32,000 nt of DNA from Mycobacterium tuberculosis H37Rv (GTDB lineage Bacteria; Actinomycetota; Actinomycetes; Mycobacteriales; Mycobacteriaceae): assembly GCF_000195955.2 (NCBI RefSeq), contig NC_000962.3, forward strand, positions 660,001 through 692,000, given 5' to 3'. Of this stretch, positions 1 through 8,486 are shown piece by piece. Numbering within the stretch: position 1 is the first letter of the stretch; each line of letters opens with the position of its first letter. Position numbers and translations under genes: made by a program. The notes under the pieces are model-generated. The model did no database searches. It saw only the letters and a list, made by a program, of their open reading frames with translations, and had not been told where the DNA came from.

Positions 1-1
1 G

Positions 2-868
2 CTCGCACTGGCCAACCCGAGCCTGCTGAACAATCGGCTCTGGAGCAGGCTGCGACGGCGGATCGAAGAAGCCGACGCCCTGCTGTACGCCGAGATCGCC
101 GACCGCCGAGCCGATCCCGATCTGGCCGCACGCACCGACACGCTGGCCATGCTGGTTCGGGCCGCCGACGAAGACGGACGGACGATGACCGAGCGCGAGC
201 TGCGCGACCAGCTGATAACGTTGCTGGTCGCAGGTCACGACACCACCGCGACGGGACTGTCGTGGGCACTGGAGCGGTTGACCCGCCACCCGGTCACCCT
301 GGCCAAGGCCGTGCAAGCGGCCGACGCCAGCGCGGCCGGCGATCCAGCCGGCGACGAGTACCTGGACGCGGTGGCCAAAGAGACACTGCGGATCCGCCCG
401 GTGGTGTACGACGTGGGCCGGGTCCTCACCGAGGCGGTGGAGGTGGCCGGTTACCGGCTGCCGGCCGGGGTCATGGTGGTCCCAGCGATCGGGCTGGTGC
501 ACGCGAGCGCGCAACTGTATCCGGATCCGGAACGGTTCGACCCTGATCGGATGGTTGGCGCCACTTTGAGCCCGACCACCTGGTTGCCGTTCGGCGGCGG
601 CAACCGCCGCTGCCTCGGCGCCACCTTTGCCATGGTCGAGATGCGGGTCGTCCTTCGGGAGATCCTGCGCCGCGTCGAGTTGAGCACCACCACGACCTCC
701 GGCGAACGGCCGAAGCTAAAGCACGTCATCATGGTGCCGCACCGCGGCGCGCGCATCCGCGTCCGGGCAACCAGGGACGTTTCGGCCACGTCGCAAGCGA
801 CAGCCCAGGGTGCCGGATGCCCAGCCGCTCGCGGTGGCGGGCCGTCCAGAGCCGTCGGCAGCCAGTGA
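2..868 (+). CDS. cyp135B1: Cytochrome P450, 3' portion (N-terminus outside window), cyp135B1-like
   Basis: Frame is open from base 2, upstream of the listed ORF start at 149. I-helix motif AGHDTTATG, ExxR motif ETLRIRP, heme-binding motif FGGGNRRCLG. Confidence 0.93.
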   Translation, partial: LALANPSLLNNRLWSRLRRRIEEADALLYAEIADRRADPDLAARTDTLAMLVRAADEDGRTMTERELRDQLITLLVAGHDTTATGLSWALERLTRHPVTLAKAVQAADASAAGDPAGDEYLDAVAKETLRIRPVVYDVGRVLTEAVEVAGYRLPAGVMVVPAIGLVHASAQLYPDPERFDPDRMVGATLSPTTWLPFGGGNRRCLGATFAMVEMRVVLREILRRVELSTTTTSGERPKLKHVIMVPHRGARIRVRATRDVSATSQATAQGAGCPAARGGGPSRAVGSQ

Positions 869-907
869 CCAGCTGGGGTATCCGCATGGGGTCGCCCAGC
901 GGGTCCC

Positions 908-927
908 GAGGGGACTTTTGGCCACCG
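908..927 (+). promoter_or_regulatory. Candidate DosR (DevR) box upstream of the Rv0569-like gene
   Basis: gaGGGGACTTTTGGCCACCG matches the consensus TTSGGGACTWWAGTCCCSAA at 13/20 by hand alignment, including the complete GGGACT half. Located about 75 bp upstream of the ATG at 1003. Confidence 0.6.
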
Positions 928-1002
928 GCGCTGGTGGCCTACTGCCCTCCCGCCGTTGCGCCGGGTGCGTGCACGATTGAAGTCCCCAAGGAAGGGACGC
1001 TC

Positions 1003-1269
1003 ATGAAGGCAAAGGTCGGGGACTGGCTGGTGATCAAAGGCGCGACGATAGATCAACCGGACCACCGAGGGTTGATTATTGAGGTGCGCTCATCCGATGG
1101 TTCGCCGCCGTATGTGGTGCGCTGGCTCGAGACCGACCATGTGGCGACGGTGATTCCGGGTCCGGATGCGGTCGTGGTCACTGCGGAGGAGCAGAATGCG
1201 GCCGACGAGCGGGCGCAGCATCGGTTCGGCGCGGTTCAGTCGGCGATCCTCCATGCCAGGGGAACGTAG
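1003..1269 (+). CDS. Small DUF1918-family protein (88 aa), Rv0569-like, dormancy regulon member
   Basis: MKAKVGDWLVIKGATIDQPDHRGLIIEVRSSDGSPPYVVRWLETDHVATVIPGPDA. ATG at 1003 follows a purine-rich AAGGAAGGGA; the longer listed ORF (817) overlaps the P450. Confidence 0.9.
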   Translation: MKAKVGDWLVIKGATIDQPDHRGLIIEVRSSDGSPPYVVRWLETDHVATVIPGPDAVVVTAEEQNAADERAQHRFGAVQSAILHARGT

Positions 1270-1294
1270 GCGATTCGCTCAAGCGACGAAGTCG

Positions 1295-3373
1295 GTGGGT
1301 GTCAGCTGGCCGGCGAAAGTCCGGCGCCGGGATGGAACGCTGGTGCCGTTCGACATCGCGCGGATCGAAGCAGCGGTGACGCGGGCAGCGCGCGAGGTGG
1401 CTTGCGACGACCCCGATATGCCGGGCACCGTAGCGAAAGCCGTCGCCGACGCACTCGGGCGCGGTATCGCTCCCGTTGAGGACATTCAGGACTGCGTGGA
1501 GGCCCGGCTGGGGGAAGCCGGTCTGGATGACGTGGCCCGTGTTTACATCATCTACCGGCAGCGGCGCGCCGAGCTGCGGACGGCTAAGGCCTTGCTCGGC
1601 GTGCGGGACGAGTTAAAGCTGAGCTTGGCGGCCGTGACGGTACTGCGCGAGCGCTATCTGCTGCACGACGAGCAGGGCCGGCCGGCCGAGTCGACCGGCG
1701 AGCTGATGGACCGATCGGCGCGCTGTGTCGCGGCGGCCGAGGACCAGTATGAGCCGGGCTCGTCGAGGCGGTGGGCCGAGCGGTTCGCCACGCTATTACG
1801 CAACCTGGAATTCCTGCCGAATTCGCCCACGTTGATGAACTCTGGCACCGACCTGGGACTGCTCGCCGGCTGTTTTGTTCTGCCGATTGAGGATTCGCTG
1901 CAATCGATCTTTGCGACGCTGGGACAGGCCGCCGAGCTGCAGCGGGCTGGAGGCGGCACCGGATATGCGTTCAGCCACCTGCGACCCGCCGGGGATCGGG
2001 TGGCCTCCACGGGCGGCACGGCCAGCGGACCGGTGTCGTTTCTACGGCTGTATGACAGTGCCGCGGGTGTGGTCTCCATGGGCGGTCGCCGGCGTGGCGC
2101 CTGTATGGCTGTGCTTGATGTGTCGCACCCGGATATCTGTGATTTCGTCACCGCCAAGGCCGAATCCCCCAGCGAGCTCCCGCATTTCAACCTATCGGTT
2201 GGTGTGACCGACGCGTTCCTGCGGGCCGTCGAACGCAACGGCCTACACCGGCTGGTCAATCCGCGAACCGGCAAGATCGTCGCGCGGATGCCCGCCGCCG
2301 AGCTGTTCGACGCCATCTGCAAAGCCGCGCACGCCGGTGGCGATCCCGGGCTGGTGTTTCTCGACACGATCAATAGGGCAAACCCGGTGCCGGGGAGAGG
2401 CCGCATCGAGGCGACCAACCCGTGCGGGGAGGTCCCACTGCTGCCTTACGAGTCATGTAATCTCGGCTCGATCAACCTCGCCCGGATGCTCGCCGACGGT
2501 CGCGTCGACTGGGACCGGCTCGAGGAGGTCGCCGGTGTGGCGGTGCGGTTCCTTGATGACGTCATCGATGTCAGCCGCTACCCCTTCCCCGAACTGGGTG
2601 AGGCGGCCCGCGCCACCCGCAAGATCGGGCTGGGAGTCATGGGTTTGGCGGAACTGCTTGCCGCACTGGGTATTCCGTACGACAGTGAAGAAGCCGTGCG
2701 GTTAGCCACCCGGCTCATGCGTCGCATACAGCAGGCGGCGCACACGGCATCGCGGAGGCTGGCCGAAGAGCGGGGCGCATTCCCGGCGTTCACCGATAGC
2801 CGGTTCGCGCGGTCGGGCCCGAGGCGCAACGCACAGGTCACCTCCGTCGCTCCGACGGGCACCATCTCACTGATCGCCGGAACCACCGCGGGCATCGAGC
2901 CGATGTTCGCTATCGCGTTCACCCGCGCCATCGTCGGCCGGCATCTGCTGGAGGTCAATCCGTGCTTCGACCGACTGGCCCGCGATCGGGGCTTTTATCG
3001 TGACGAGCTGATCGCCGAGATCGCTCAGCGTGGCGGAGTCCGTGGCTATCCGCGGCTGCCTGCTGAGGTGCGGGCCGCGTTCCCGACCGCGGCGGAGATC
3101 GCGCCGCAGTGGCATCTGCGCATGCAGGCCGCGGTGCAGCGCCACGTCGAGGCCGCCGTGTCCAAGACGGTCAACTTGCCCGCCACGGCGACGGTCGATG
3201 ACGTCCGCGCCATCTATGTGGCCGCCTGGAAGGCAAAGGTCAAGGGCATCACGGTGTATCGCTACGGCAGCCGGGAAGGACAGGTACTGTCCTACGCCGC
3301 GCCGAAACCGCTACTGGCGCAGGCTGACACGGAGTTCAGCGGCGGCTGTGCGGGCCGCTCCTGCGAGTTCTGA
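1295..3373 (+). CDS. nrdZ: Class II (adenosylcobalamin-dependent) ribonucleoside-diphosphate reductase, 692 aa
   Basis: RNR signatures NPCGEVPLLPYESCNLGSINLARM, NSPTLMNSG, APTGTISLIAGTTAGIEP; C-terminal CAGRSC. GTG start at 1295 avoids overlap with the upstream gene. Confidence 0.93.
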   Translation: MGVSWPAKVRRRDGTLVPFDIARIEAAVTRAAREVACDDPDMPGTVAKAVADALGRGIAPVEDIQDCVEARLGEAGLDDVARVYIIYRQRRAELRTAKALLGVRDELKLSLAAVTVLRERYLLHDEQGRPAESTGELMDRSARCVAAAEDQYEPGSSRRWAERFATLLRNLEFLPNSPTLMNSGTDLGLLAGCFVLPIEDSLQSIFATLGQAAELQRAGGGTGYAFSHLRPAGDRVASTGGTASGPVSFLRLYDSAAGVVSMGGRRRGACMAVLDVSHPDICDFVTAKAESPSELPHFNLSVGVTDAFLRAVERNGLHRLVNPRTGKIVARMPAAELFDAICKAAHAGGDPGLVFLDTINRANPVPGRGRIEATNPCGEVPLLPYESCNLGSINLARMLADGRVDWDRLEEVAGVAVRFLDDVIDVSRYPFPELGEAARATRKIGLGVMGLAELLAALGIPYDSEEAVRLATRLMRRIQQAAHTASRRLAEERGAFPAFTDSRFARSGPRRNAQVTSVAPTGTISLIAGTTAGIEPMFAIAFTRAIVGRHLLEVNPCFDRLARDRGFYRDELIAEIAQRGGVRGYPRLPAEVRAAFPTAAEIAPQWHLRMQAAVQRHVEAAVSKTVNLPATATVDDVRAIYVAAWKAKVKGITVYRYGSREGQVLSYAAPKPLLAQADTEFSGGCAGRSCEF

Positions 3374-3387
3374 CGGCGGCTCCCATG

Positions 3388-3451
3388 GCGCGAGCAGACG
3401 CAGAATCGCACAAAATCAGCGATTTTGATGCGATTCTGCGTCTGCTCGCGC
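3388..3451. terminator. Long near-perfect inverted repeat between convergent genes
   Basis: Left arm 3388-3417 gcgcgagcagacgcagaatcgcacaaaatc pairs with right arm 3421-3451 gattttgatgcgattctgcgtctgctcgcgc, with one bulged A (3428) and a 3-nt loop. Confidence 0.6.
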
Positions 3452-3486
3452 AGGGATCGCAGGGATCACCCCGGCCGGCTAGCGGT

Positions 3487-4818
3487 TTAGCCGCTTGGGC
3501 CTGGGCCGCACAAGTGGTCGATGAACCAATCGCACGCCAGCTTGGCAACCTGTTCCAGCGTGCCTGGTTCTTCGAATAGGTGTGTGGCGCCGGGGACCAC
3601 GGTGAGTTGGCATTTCCCGGGTATTACCGCTTGCGCTCGTTGGTTCAGCTCGAGGACCACCTGGTCGCGTCCACCCACGATCAGCAGCGTCGGTGCCACC
3701 ACGCTCCCCAGCGAATCACCCGCGAGATCGGGCCGGCCGCCGCGGGACACCACCGCCCGCACGTTCACGCGCGGATCGGCGGCCGCGACCAGCGCCGCAC
3801 CCGCTCCCGTGCTGGCGCCGAAGTAGCCGACCGGCAGCGATGCGGTGTCGGGCTGGGTGGCCAACCAACCGGTCACGTCGATGAGTCGGGAAGCGAGCAG
3901 CTCAATGTCGAAGACGTTGGCGCGGTTGCGTTCTTCTTCGGGCGTGAGCAAGTCGAATAACAGCGTCGCAAACCCGGCCCCGGTCAAGACCTCTGCAACG
4001 TACCGATTGCGGATACTGTGCCGGCTGCTGCCACTGCCATGTGCGAAAACCACAATTCCCCTGGGTTTTTCGGGGACAGTCAGGTGCCCTGCCACCGGTA
4101 CTGGACCGGCAACGACCTGGACCTCCTCATCGCGAAGCGGTGGGTCAGCGGCGGCATCGATCGCACCTGCCTCGGCGAAGTCGCGGTGAGCACGATCCAG
4201 AAACGCCACCACCTCGTCGTCGGAGGTCTGGGTGAAGTTGCGGTAACCCTGCCCGACGGCGAAGAACAACGCCGGCGTCGCCAAACACACCACCTCATCG
4301 GCGTACCCGGCGAATCTCGCCACGATGTCGTCTGGGCCGATCGGGACCGCCAGCACCACCTTGTCCGCACCGTGCGCCCGGGCGACCTGGCACGCCGCCT
4401 TGGCCGTCGCTCCGGTGGCGATGCCGTCATCGACGATCACCGCGATCCGCCCGGTCAACGGGATGCGGTCACGCCCGCGGCGGAAGCGTTCCGCGCGGCG
4501 TTGTAGCTCGATCAGCTGCTTGCGTTCGACCGCGTCCATGGCGGCAGCATCGAGGTGTGTCCCGCGGACGACGTCGTCGTTGAGCACCCGCACGCCGTCC
4601 TCACCGATGGCGCCGAAAGCCAATTCGGGTTGGAACGGCACGCCAAGCTTGCGCACGACCAGGACGTCGAGTGGCGCTTGCAGTGACTTGGCGACCTCAA
4701 AGGCCACCGGTACCCCGCCGCGCGGCAAGCCAAGGACGACGACGGCCTTGCCGGATAGCTGCGCCAGGCGTTGCGCCAACTGGCGTCCAGCGTCGCCACG
4801 ATCGTCAAAGAGCTTCAT
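3487..4818 (-). CDS. Phosphoribosyltransferase / dienelactone-hydrolase-like fusion protein (443 aa), Rv0571c-like
   Basis: N-terminal PRTase: LGLPRGGVPVAFEVA and PRPP loop VIVDDGIATGATAKAA. C-terminal alpha/beta hydrolase: VFAHGSGSSRHS and GYFGASTGAGAAL. Internal start MKLFDDRG at 4818; the ORF could extend to 4842. Confidence 0.88.
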   Translation of the reverse strand: MKLFDDRGDAGRQLAQRLAQLSGKAVVVLGLPRGGVPVAFEVAKSLQAPLDVLVVRKLGVPFQPELAFGAIGEDGVRVLNDDVVRGTHLDAAAMDAVERKQLIELQRRAERFRRGRDRIPLTGRIAVIVDDGIATGATAKAACQVARAHGADKVVLAVPIGPDDIVARFAGYADEVVCLATPALFFAVGQGYRNFTQTSDDEVVAFLDRAHRDFAEAGAIDAAADPPLRDEEVQVVAGPVPVAGHLTVPEKPRGIVVFAHGSGSSRHSIRNRYVAEVLTGAGFATLLFDLLTPEEERNRANVFDIELLASRLIDVTGWLATQPDTASLPVGYFGASTGAGAALVAAADPRVNVRAVVSRGGRPDLAGDSLGSVVAPTLLIVGGRDQVVLELNQRAQAVIPGKCQLTVVPGATHLFEEPGTLEQVAKLACDWFIDHLCGPGPSG

Positions 4819-4850
4819 CTGCCGAGTGTGTCGCCATCTCATGGCTCCAA

Positions 4851-4892
4851 ATATGGAATTAGGTCCCTGGGCCGACTGACGACAGTCCCTCA
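4851..4892 (-). promoter_or_regulatory. Two candidate weak DosR boxes upstream of the Rv0571c-like gene
   Basis: Reverse strand of 4851-4870, ccaGGGACctaAtTCCatat, matches about 12/20 to TTSGGGACTWWAGTCCCSAA. 4873-4892, cgactGACgacAGTCCCtca, matches about 11/20 including the AGTCCC half. Confidence 0.4.
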
Positions 4893-5041
4893 GCGACCGG
4901 ATTGCGCATCCCGCCTTGTACGCTACTCCGCAAATCCCGGGCTTGCGTCCGCGGAAGCGAACTCGGCGGCGCTACGGTGGTGGCTCACTTCGGCCGTGCG
5001 CACTCGGATCGACGGGCCGATGGCGGCCGGGCCCGCGCGCT

Positions 5042-5383
5042 TCATAGGTCATCGGATTGAGGTGATCGACTCGGCGATGAGTGTTCGAAAGATGACTCAG
5101 TGGTGTGCCTTCCGTCGGTGAGCTGCACGACATATGTGCGGTCGTCGGCGTCGTACTCAACCGTGCCGCCCGAGACAACCATCCCAACCAACGCATTGCC
5201 GTCCTGGAAGTAGTACGCGTTCTTTTCTCGGCGCATGGAATCCAGGTGGCAACCGGGCACTATGAGGACGCTCCTGCGGGGATCGTCGGTGAAGACCAGA
5301 ATCCGCGCGCCCCGTTTCTGGGCTAGGGGATGCTTCGTAGGCTTCCGTTGCCGCATGTGCCGCTTGATGGCGTGCTCACCCAT
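5042..5383 (-). CDS. Hypothetical protein (113 aa), Rv0572c-like, dormancy cluster
   Basis: ORF MGEHAIKRHMRQRKPTKHPLAQKRGARILVFTDDPRRSVLIVPGCHLDSMRREKNAYYF; size and context match Rv0572c. Confidence 0.8.
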   Translation of the reverse strand: MGEHAIKRHMRQRKPTKHPLAQKRGARILVFTDDPRRSVLIVPGCHLDSMRREKNAYYFQDGNALVGMVVSGGTVEYDADDRTYVVQLTDGRHTTESSFEHSSPSRSPQSDDL

Positions 5384-5433
5384 TTTGGTTTTGCCCTCTC
5401 ACTTGACGCTGCGTTGCCTAGCATGCCAACCGG

Positions 5434-5601
5434 CTAGCTTCGCGGAACGTGCTCCCCGGGGTGCGGGCATTCACCGGGCACGTGAATCAGTACTGCGCCG
5501 TCATCGACGATCCCGGCTTGACCGCGGCGATGGGCGGTGATGTATAGCCATCCGGGTTCGATGGTTTGCTTGCAGCGTGTACATTGCGGGTCGGCGGCCA
5601 T
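5434..5601 (-). CDS. Small putative zinc-ribbon-like protein (55 aa), not in the supplied ORF track
   Basis: Hand translation: MAADPQCTRCKQTIEPGWLYITAHRRGQAGIVDDGAVLIHVPGECPHPGEHVPRS*. Shine-Dalgarno-like GAGGAG 3 nt upstream of the ATG (gcgaggagcacATG). Confidence 0.55.
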   Translation of the reverse strand: MAADPQCTRCKQTIEPGWLYITAHRRGQAGIVDDGAVLIHVPGECPHPGEHVPRS

Positions 5602-5850
5602 GTGCTCCTCGCTTCCCTAGCCTCACGGTTTGCGCCGTCGGTCGACAGGCGAACTGCTCTTCGCCGATGTACGTCACTGCTTCGGCGGCTAAACCCCTTG
5701 TCCAGCACGACAAGTCCAACCGGCCTGCGTCGGCGGAGTTTGGCCTCGTGCTCGGCTGGCGGTGCTCATGGTGTCCCTCCGGAACTCGGGGTAACGGCAA
5801 GCTTTCGATGCGTCGGCAGTCCGAAATCTAGAGACGACGAACTTGTTGTT

Positions 5851-7242
5851 CTAGGGTCGTTTGGCCTTCGCCCCGACGACGTTGGACCCGGGGTGGGCTT
5901 CGGCCGTGTCGGCGTGCCGCAGCCGGGCGAGTTCGCCCACGATCCTGTCGCTGACCGCCACCGGATACGAGTAGCCGGTGTCCTCGAGCGAGCGCAGCTC
6001 CGGCGGGAGCGCGTCGATCTGCTGGCGGGCCCAGTCCCGCGCGCCGTCCAATGTGGGTGCATGCTGCCGGATGCGTCGGCCGTTGGTCATGATGGGCACC
6101 AGCAACGGGTCCCCGGGAAGGTTTTCACCGTGCTCGCCGAGCGTGTCGCCGCAAAAGACTCCGTGCTCGAGCTTACGGAACACCTGCTTGCGTCCCGGGT
6201 AGATCACCTTGCCGCTGGAGAACTTGGTGCGCCCGCTGCCGTCGTATGCCACCAGCTTGTAGGCCATGTCCAGCGCGGGCGCGTCTTGAGCCACGACGAG
6301 CTGGGTGCCCACGCCGAAGCCGTCGATCGGACAGCGGGCAGCCAAAAGCGCGGCGATGCGGTTTTCGTCGAGGCCCGACGACGCGAAGATCTCGACCTGC
6401 TCGAGACCGGCGGTGTCGAGCCGTGCACGGGTCGCCTTGGACAGCTCATCGAGGTCGCCGGAATCCAGCCGGACCGCGCGCACATCGAAGCGATTGCCCA
6501 GCCGCTTGGCCAACTCGATGACGTGATCGACGCCGCGTAGCGTGTCGTAGGTGTCCACGAGCAGCATGGTGGCTGGGTAGAGCCGGGCGAACGCCTCGAA
6601 CGCGGCCACCTCACTGTCGAAGGCTTGAACAAAGCTGTGCGCCATGGTGCCGAACGTCGGGATCCCATATTGGCGGGCCGCGAGCAGATTCGACGTGCCC
6701 GCAGCGCCCGCGAGATAACTGGTGCGCGCGACCTTGCAGGCCGCGTCGGTGCCGTGAGCGCGCCGCGCGCCGAAATCCACCACCGGTCGTCCGCGCGCGG
6801 CGGCGACCACCCGCGCGGCCTTGCTCGCGAGCACGCTTTGCAGATGAATCTGGTTCAGCACAAACGTCTCGACAAGCTGGGCCTCGATGATTGGCGCGAT
6901 CAGCTGGACCGCGGGTTCGTTCGGAAAAATCACGGTTCCTTCCGGCGCGGCCCAGACATCTCCGGTGAAACGCACTCCGGCCAGCCACCTCAGGAACTCG
7001 TCGGAAAACTGGCCCAGGCCACGCAGGTAACGCAGATCCTGCTCGTCGAATCGAAACGCTTCGAGGAACTCGACCACATCGGCCAGCCCGGCGGCCATGA
7101 TGTAGGACCTGCCAGGCGGAAGCTTGCGGAAGAATATCTCGAAAACCGCTGTGCCCGACATTCTTTCGGCCCAGTAGGCCTGGGCCATCGTCACCTCGTA
7201 CAGGTCGGTGAACAGCGCGCCGACGTGTTGGCGGATCGCCAT
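5851..7242 (-). CDS. pncB2: Nicotinate phosphoribosyltransferase (463 aa)
   Basis: MAIRQHVGALFTDLYEVTMAQAYW, VEIFFRKLPPGRSYIMAAGL, VDFGARRAHG, FGVGTQLV, VAYDGSGRTKFSSGKV. Confidence 0.93.
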   Translation of the reverse strand: MAIRQHVGALFTDLYEVTMAQAYWAERMSGTAVFEIFFRKLPPGRSYIMAAGLADVVEFLEAFRFDEQDLRYLRGLGQFSDEFLRWLAGVRFTGDVWAAPEGTVIFPNEPAVQLIAPIIEAQLVETFVLNQIHLQSVLASKAARVVAAARGRPVVDFGARRAHGTDAACKVARTSYLAGAAGTSNLLAARQYGIPTFGTMAHSFVQAFDSEVAAFEAFARLYPATMLLVDTYDTLRGVDHVIELAKRLGNRFDVRAVRLDSGDLDELSKATRARLDTAGLEQVEIFASSGLDENRIAALLAARCPIDGFGVGTQLVVAQDAPALDMAYKLVAYDGSGRTKFSSGKVIYPGRKQVFRKLEHGVFCGDTLGEHGENLPGDPLLVPIMTNGRRIRQHAPTLDGARDWARQQIDALPPELRSLEDTGYSYPVAVSDRIVGELARLRHADTAEAHPGSNVVGAKAKRP

Positions 7243-7251
7243 GGTTGCCGG

Positions 7252-8394
7252 TTACTCCTTGCTCGTTAGGTTGGCAGCGGGAACGACCTCCAGCAGGTTG
7301 TCGGGTCGAGTCACGACTCGAATCCCGAACCGGCGGCTGATGCGCTCAATGGTGTTGCGGAGCCATTCGGTGTCGGTCTGGGAGGCACGCTGTAGGCGCA
7401 TCCGCGACACTCGCAGTGGAAGCATCTGCAGCGAGATCAGGTTCCCGCTGGCGGGATCGGTGACGGTCAGATACAGCAGTCGCAGTTCACTGCGGAACGA
7501 CTCGTGCCCGCCGATGCCTTCGTAGTCGTCAACGACGTCACCGCATCCGTACAGGATCGGTTTACCGCGATATATCTCGATTGGCCGCGGATGGTGCGAG
7601 GAATGTCCGTGGACCATGTCGATGCCGGCGTCGATCAGTCGGTGCGCGAACGCGACGTCGCCGGGTGCGGTCGCATAGCCCCAATTGGATCCCCAATGCA
7701 TCGAGACTATGGCGATATCGCCGGGGCGTTTGTCCGCCAGCACCTGTGCCGCCACATCGTCGGCGACGTCGCGTTGCGCCGGATCCCGGATCAACCACAC
7801 TCCGGGCCGGTCGCGGCGGGCGGCCCAGGATTCGGGGACGCCGCTGGATTCCGCCGCTACCGAGCCGACGATCACCCGGCGTTCATGGCCAACCGTGACT
7901 AGCGCCGAGCGGCGAGCGGCGAGCAAATCGGCTCCCGCCCCGACACTCTGGATCCCCGCACCGGCGAGAGCCGCGACCGTATCGGTCAGCCCCTGGTAGC
8001 CGAAATCGAGAATGTGGTTGTTGGCCAGCGCGCACACGTGCGGCCGCAATGCCGTCAGCGCCGGCACGTTATCCGGGTGCATCCGGTAGCAGACCGGTTT
8101 GCGGTCGGCGAATTCACCGTCGGCGGTGATCGTCGTCTCCAGATTGATCAAACAGACGTCGGTCGCGGTGTTCTCAAGGACCGCCAACGCCTCGCCCCAG
8201 GGCCAGCGCCAATCCACGGGGAGCGGAATGCGCCCGTTCACCCGCTCGGCCAGGCGAACATAGCCGGTCGCATCCCGCATATACCGTTCGCGCAATTGCG
8301 GTTTGCCGGGATGAGGCAGGATCTGATCGACGCCACGGCCGAGCATGACGTCACCGCCCAGCAGCACCGTCACCACATCAGGATTGCCAGCCAC
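7252..8394 (-). CDS. CapA/PgsA-like poly-gamma-glutamate synthesis (metallophosphatase-fold) protein, 380 aa, Rv0574c-like
   Basis: LLGGDVMLGRGVDQIL, CLINLETTIT, NNHILDFGYQGL, SMHWGSNW, DMVHGHSSHHPRPIEIYRGKPILYGCGD. Confidence 0.9.
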   Translation of the reverse strand: MAGNPDVVTVLLGGDVMLGRGVDQILPHPGKPQLRERYMRDATGYVRLAERVNGRIPLPVDWRWPWGEALAVLENTATDVCLINLETTITADGEFADRKPVCYRMHPDNVPALTALRPHVCALANNHILDFGYQGLTDTVAALAGAGIQSVGAGADLLAARRSALVTVGHERRVIVGSVAAESSGVPESWAARRDRPGVWLIRDPAQRDVADDVAAQVLADKRPGDIAIVSMHWGSNWGYATAPGDVAFAHRLIDAGIDMVHGHSSHHPRPIEIYRGKPILYGCGDVVDDYEGIGGHESFRSELRLLYLTVTDPASGNLISLQMLPLRVSRMRLQRASQTDTEWLRNTIERISRRFGIRVVTRPDNLLEVVPAANLTSKE

Positions 8395-8486
8395 TCCGGA
8401 CCACCGCCGCCTTCAGGTAATCGCCGTAACACGCACCCTATGGCGTACATTGCACGTCATACGATCGGCCGGCGGCGGCCTCGTGG

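Noticed and set aside
1166-1294. Extended N-terminus of nrdZ in the ORF track
   Set aside because: It would overlap the Rv0569-like gene by about 100 bp; the GTG at 1295 gives a 692-aa protein starting near VSWPAKVRRRDG, matching the remembered nrdZ size.
3580-4506. Plus-strand ORFs of 126 and 162 aa antisense to the PRTase-hydrolase gene
   Set aside because: Arg/Gly/Pro-biased shadow ORFs opposite a well-supported CDS.
5566-6540. 324-aa plus-strand ORF overlapping pncB2 antisense
   Set aside because: High-GC antisense shadow of pncB2, which has clear NAPRTase motifs.
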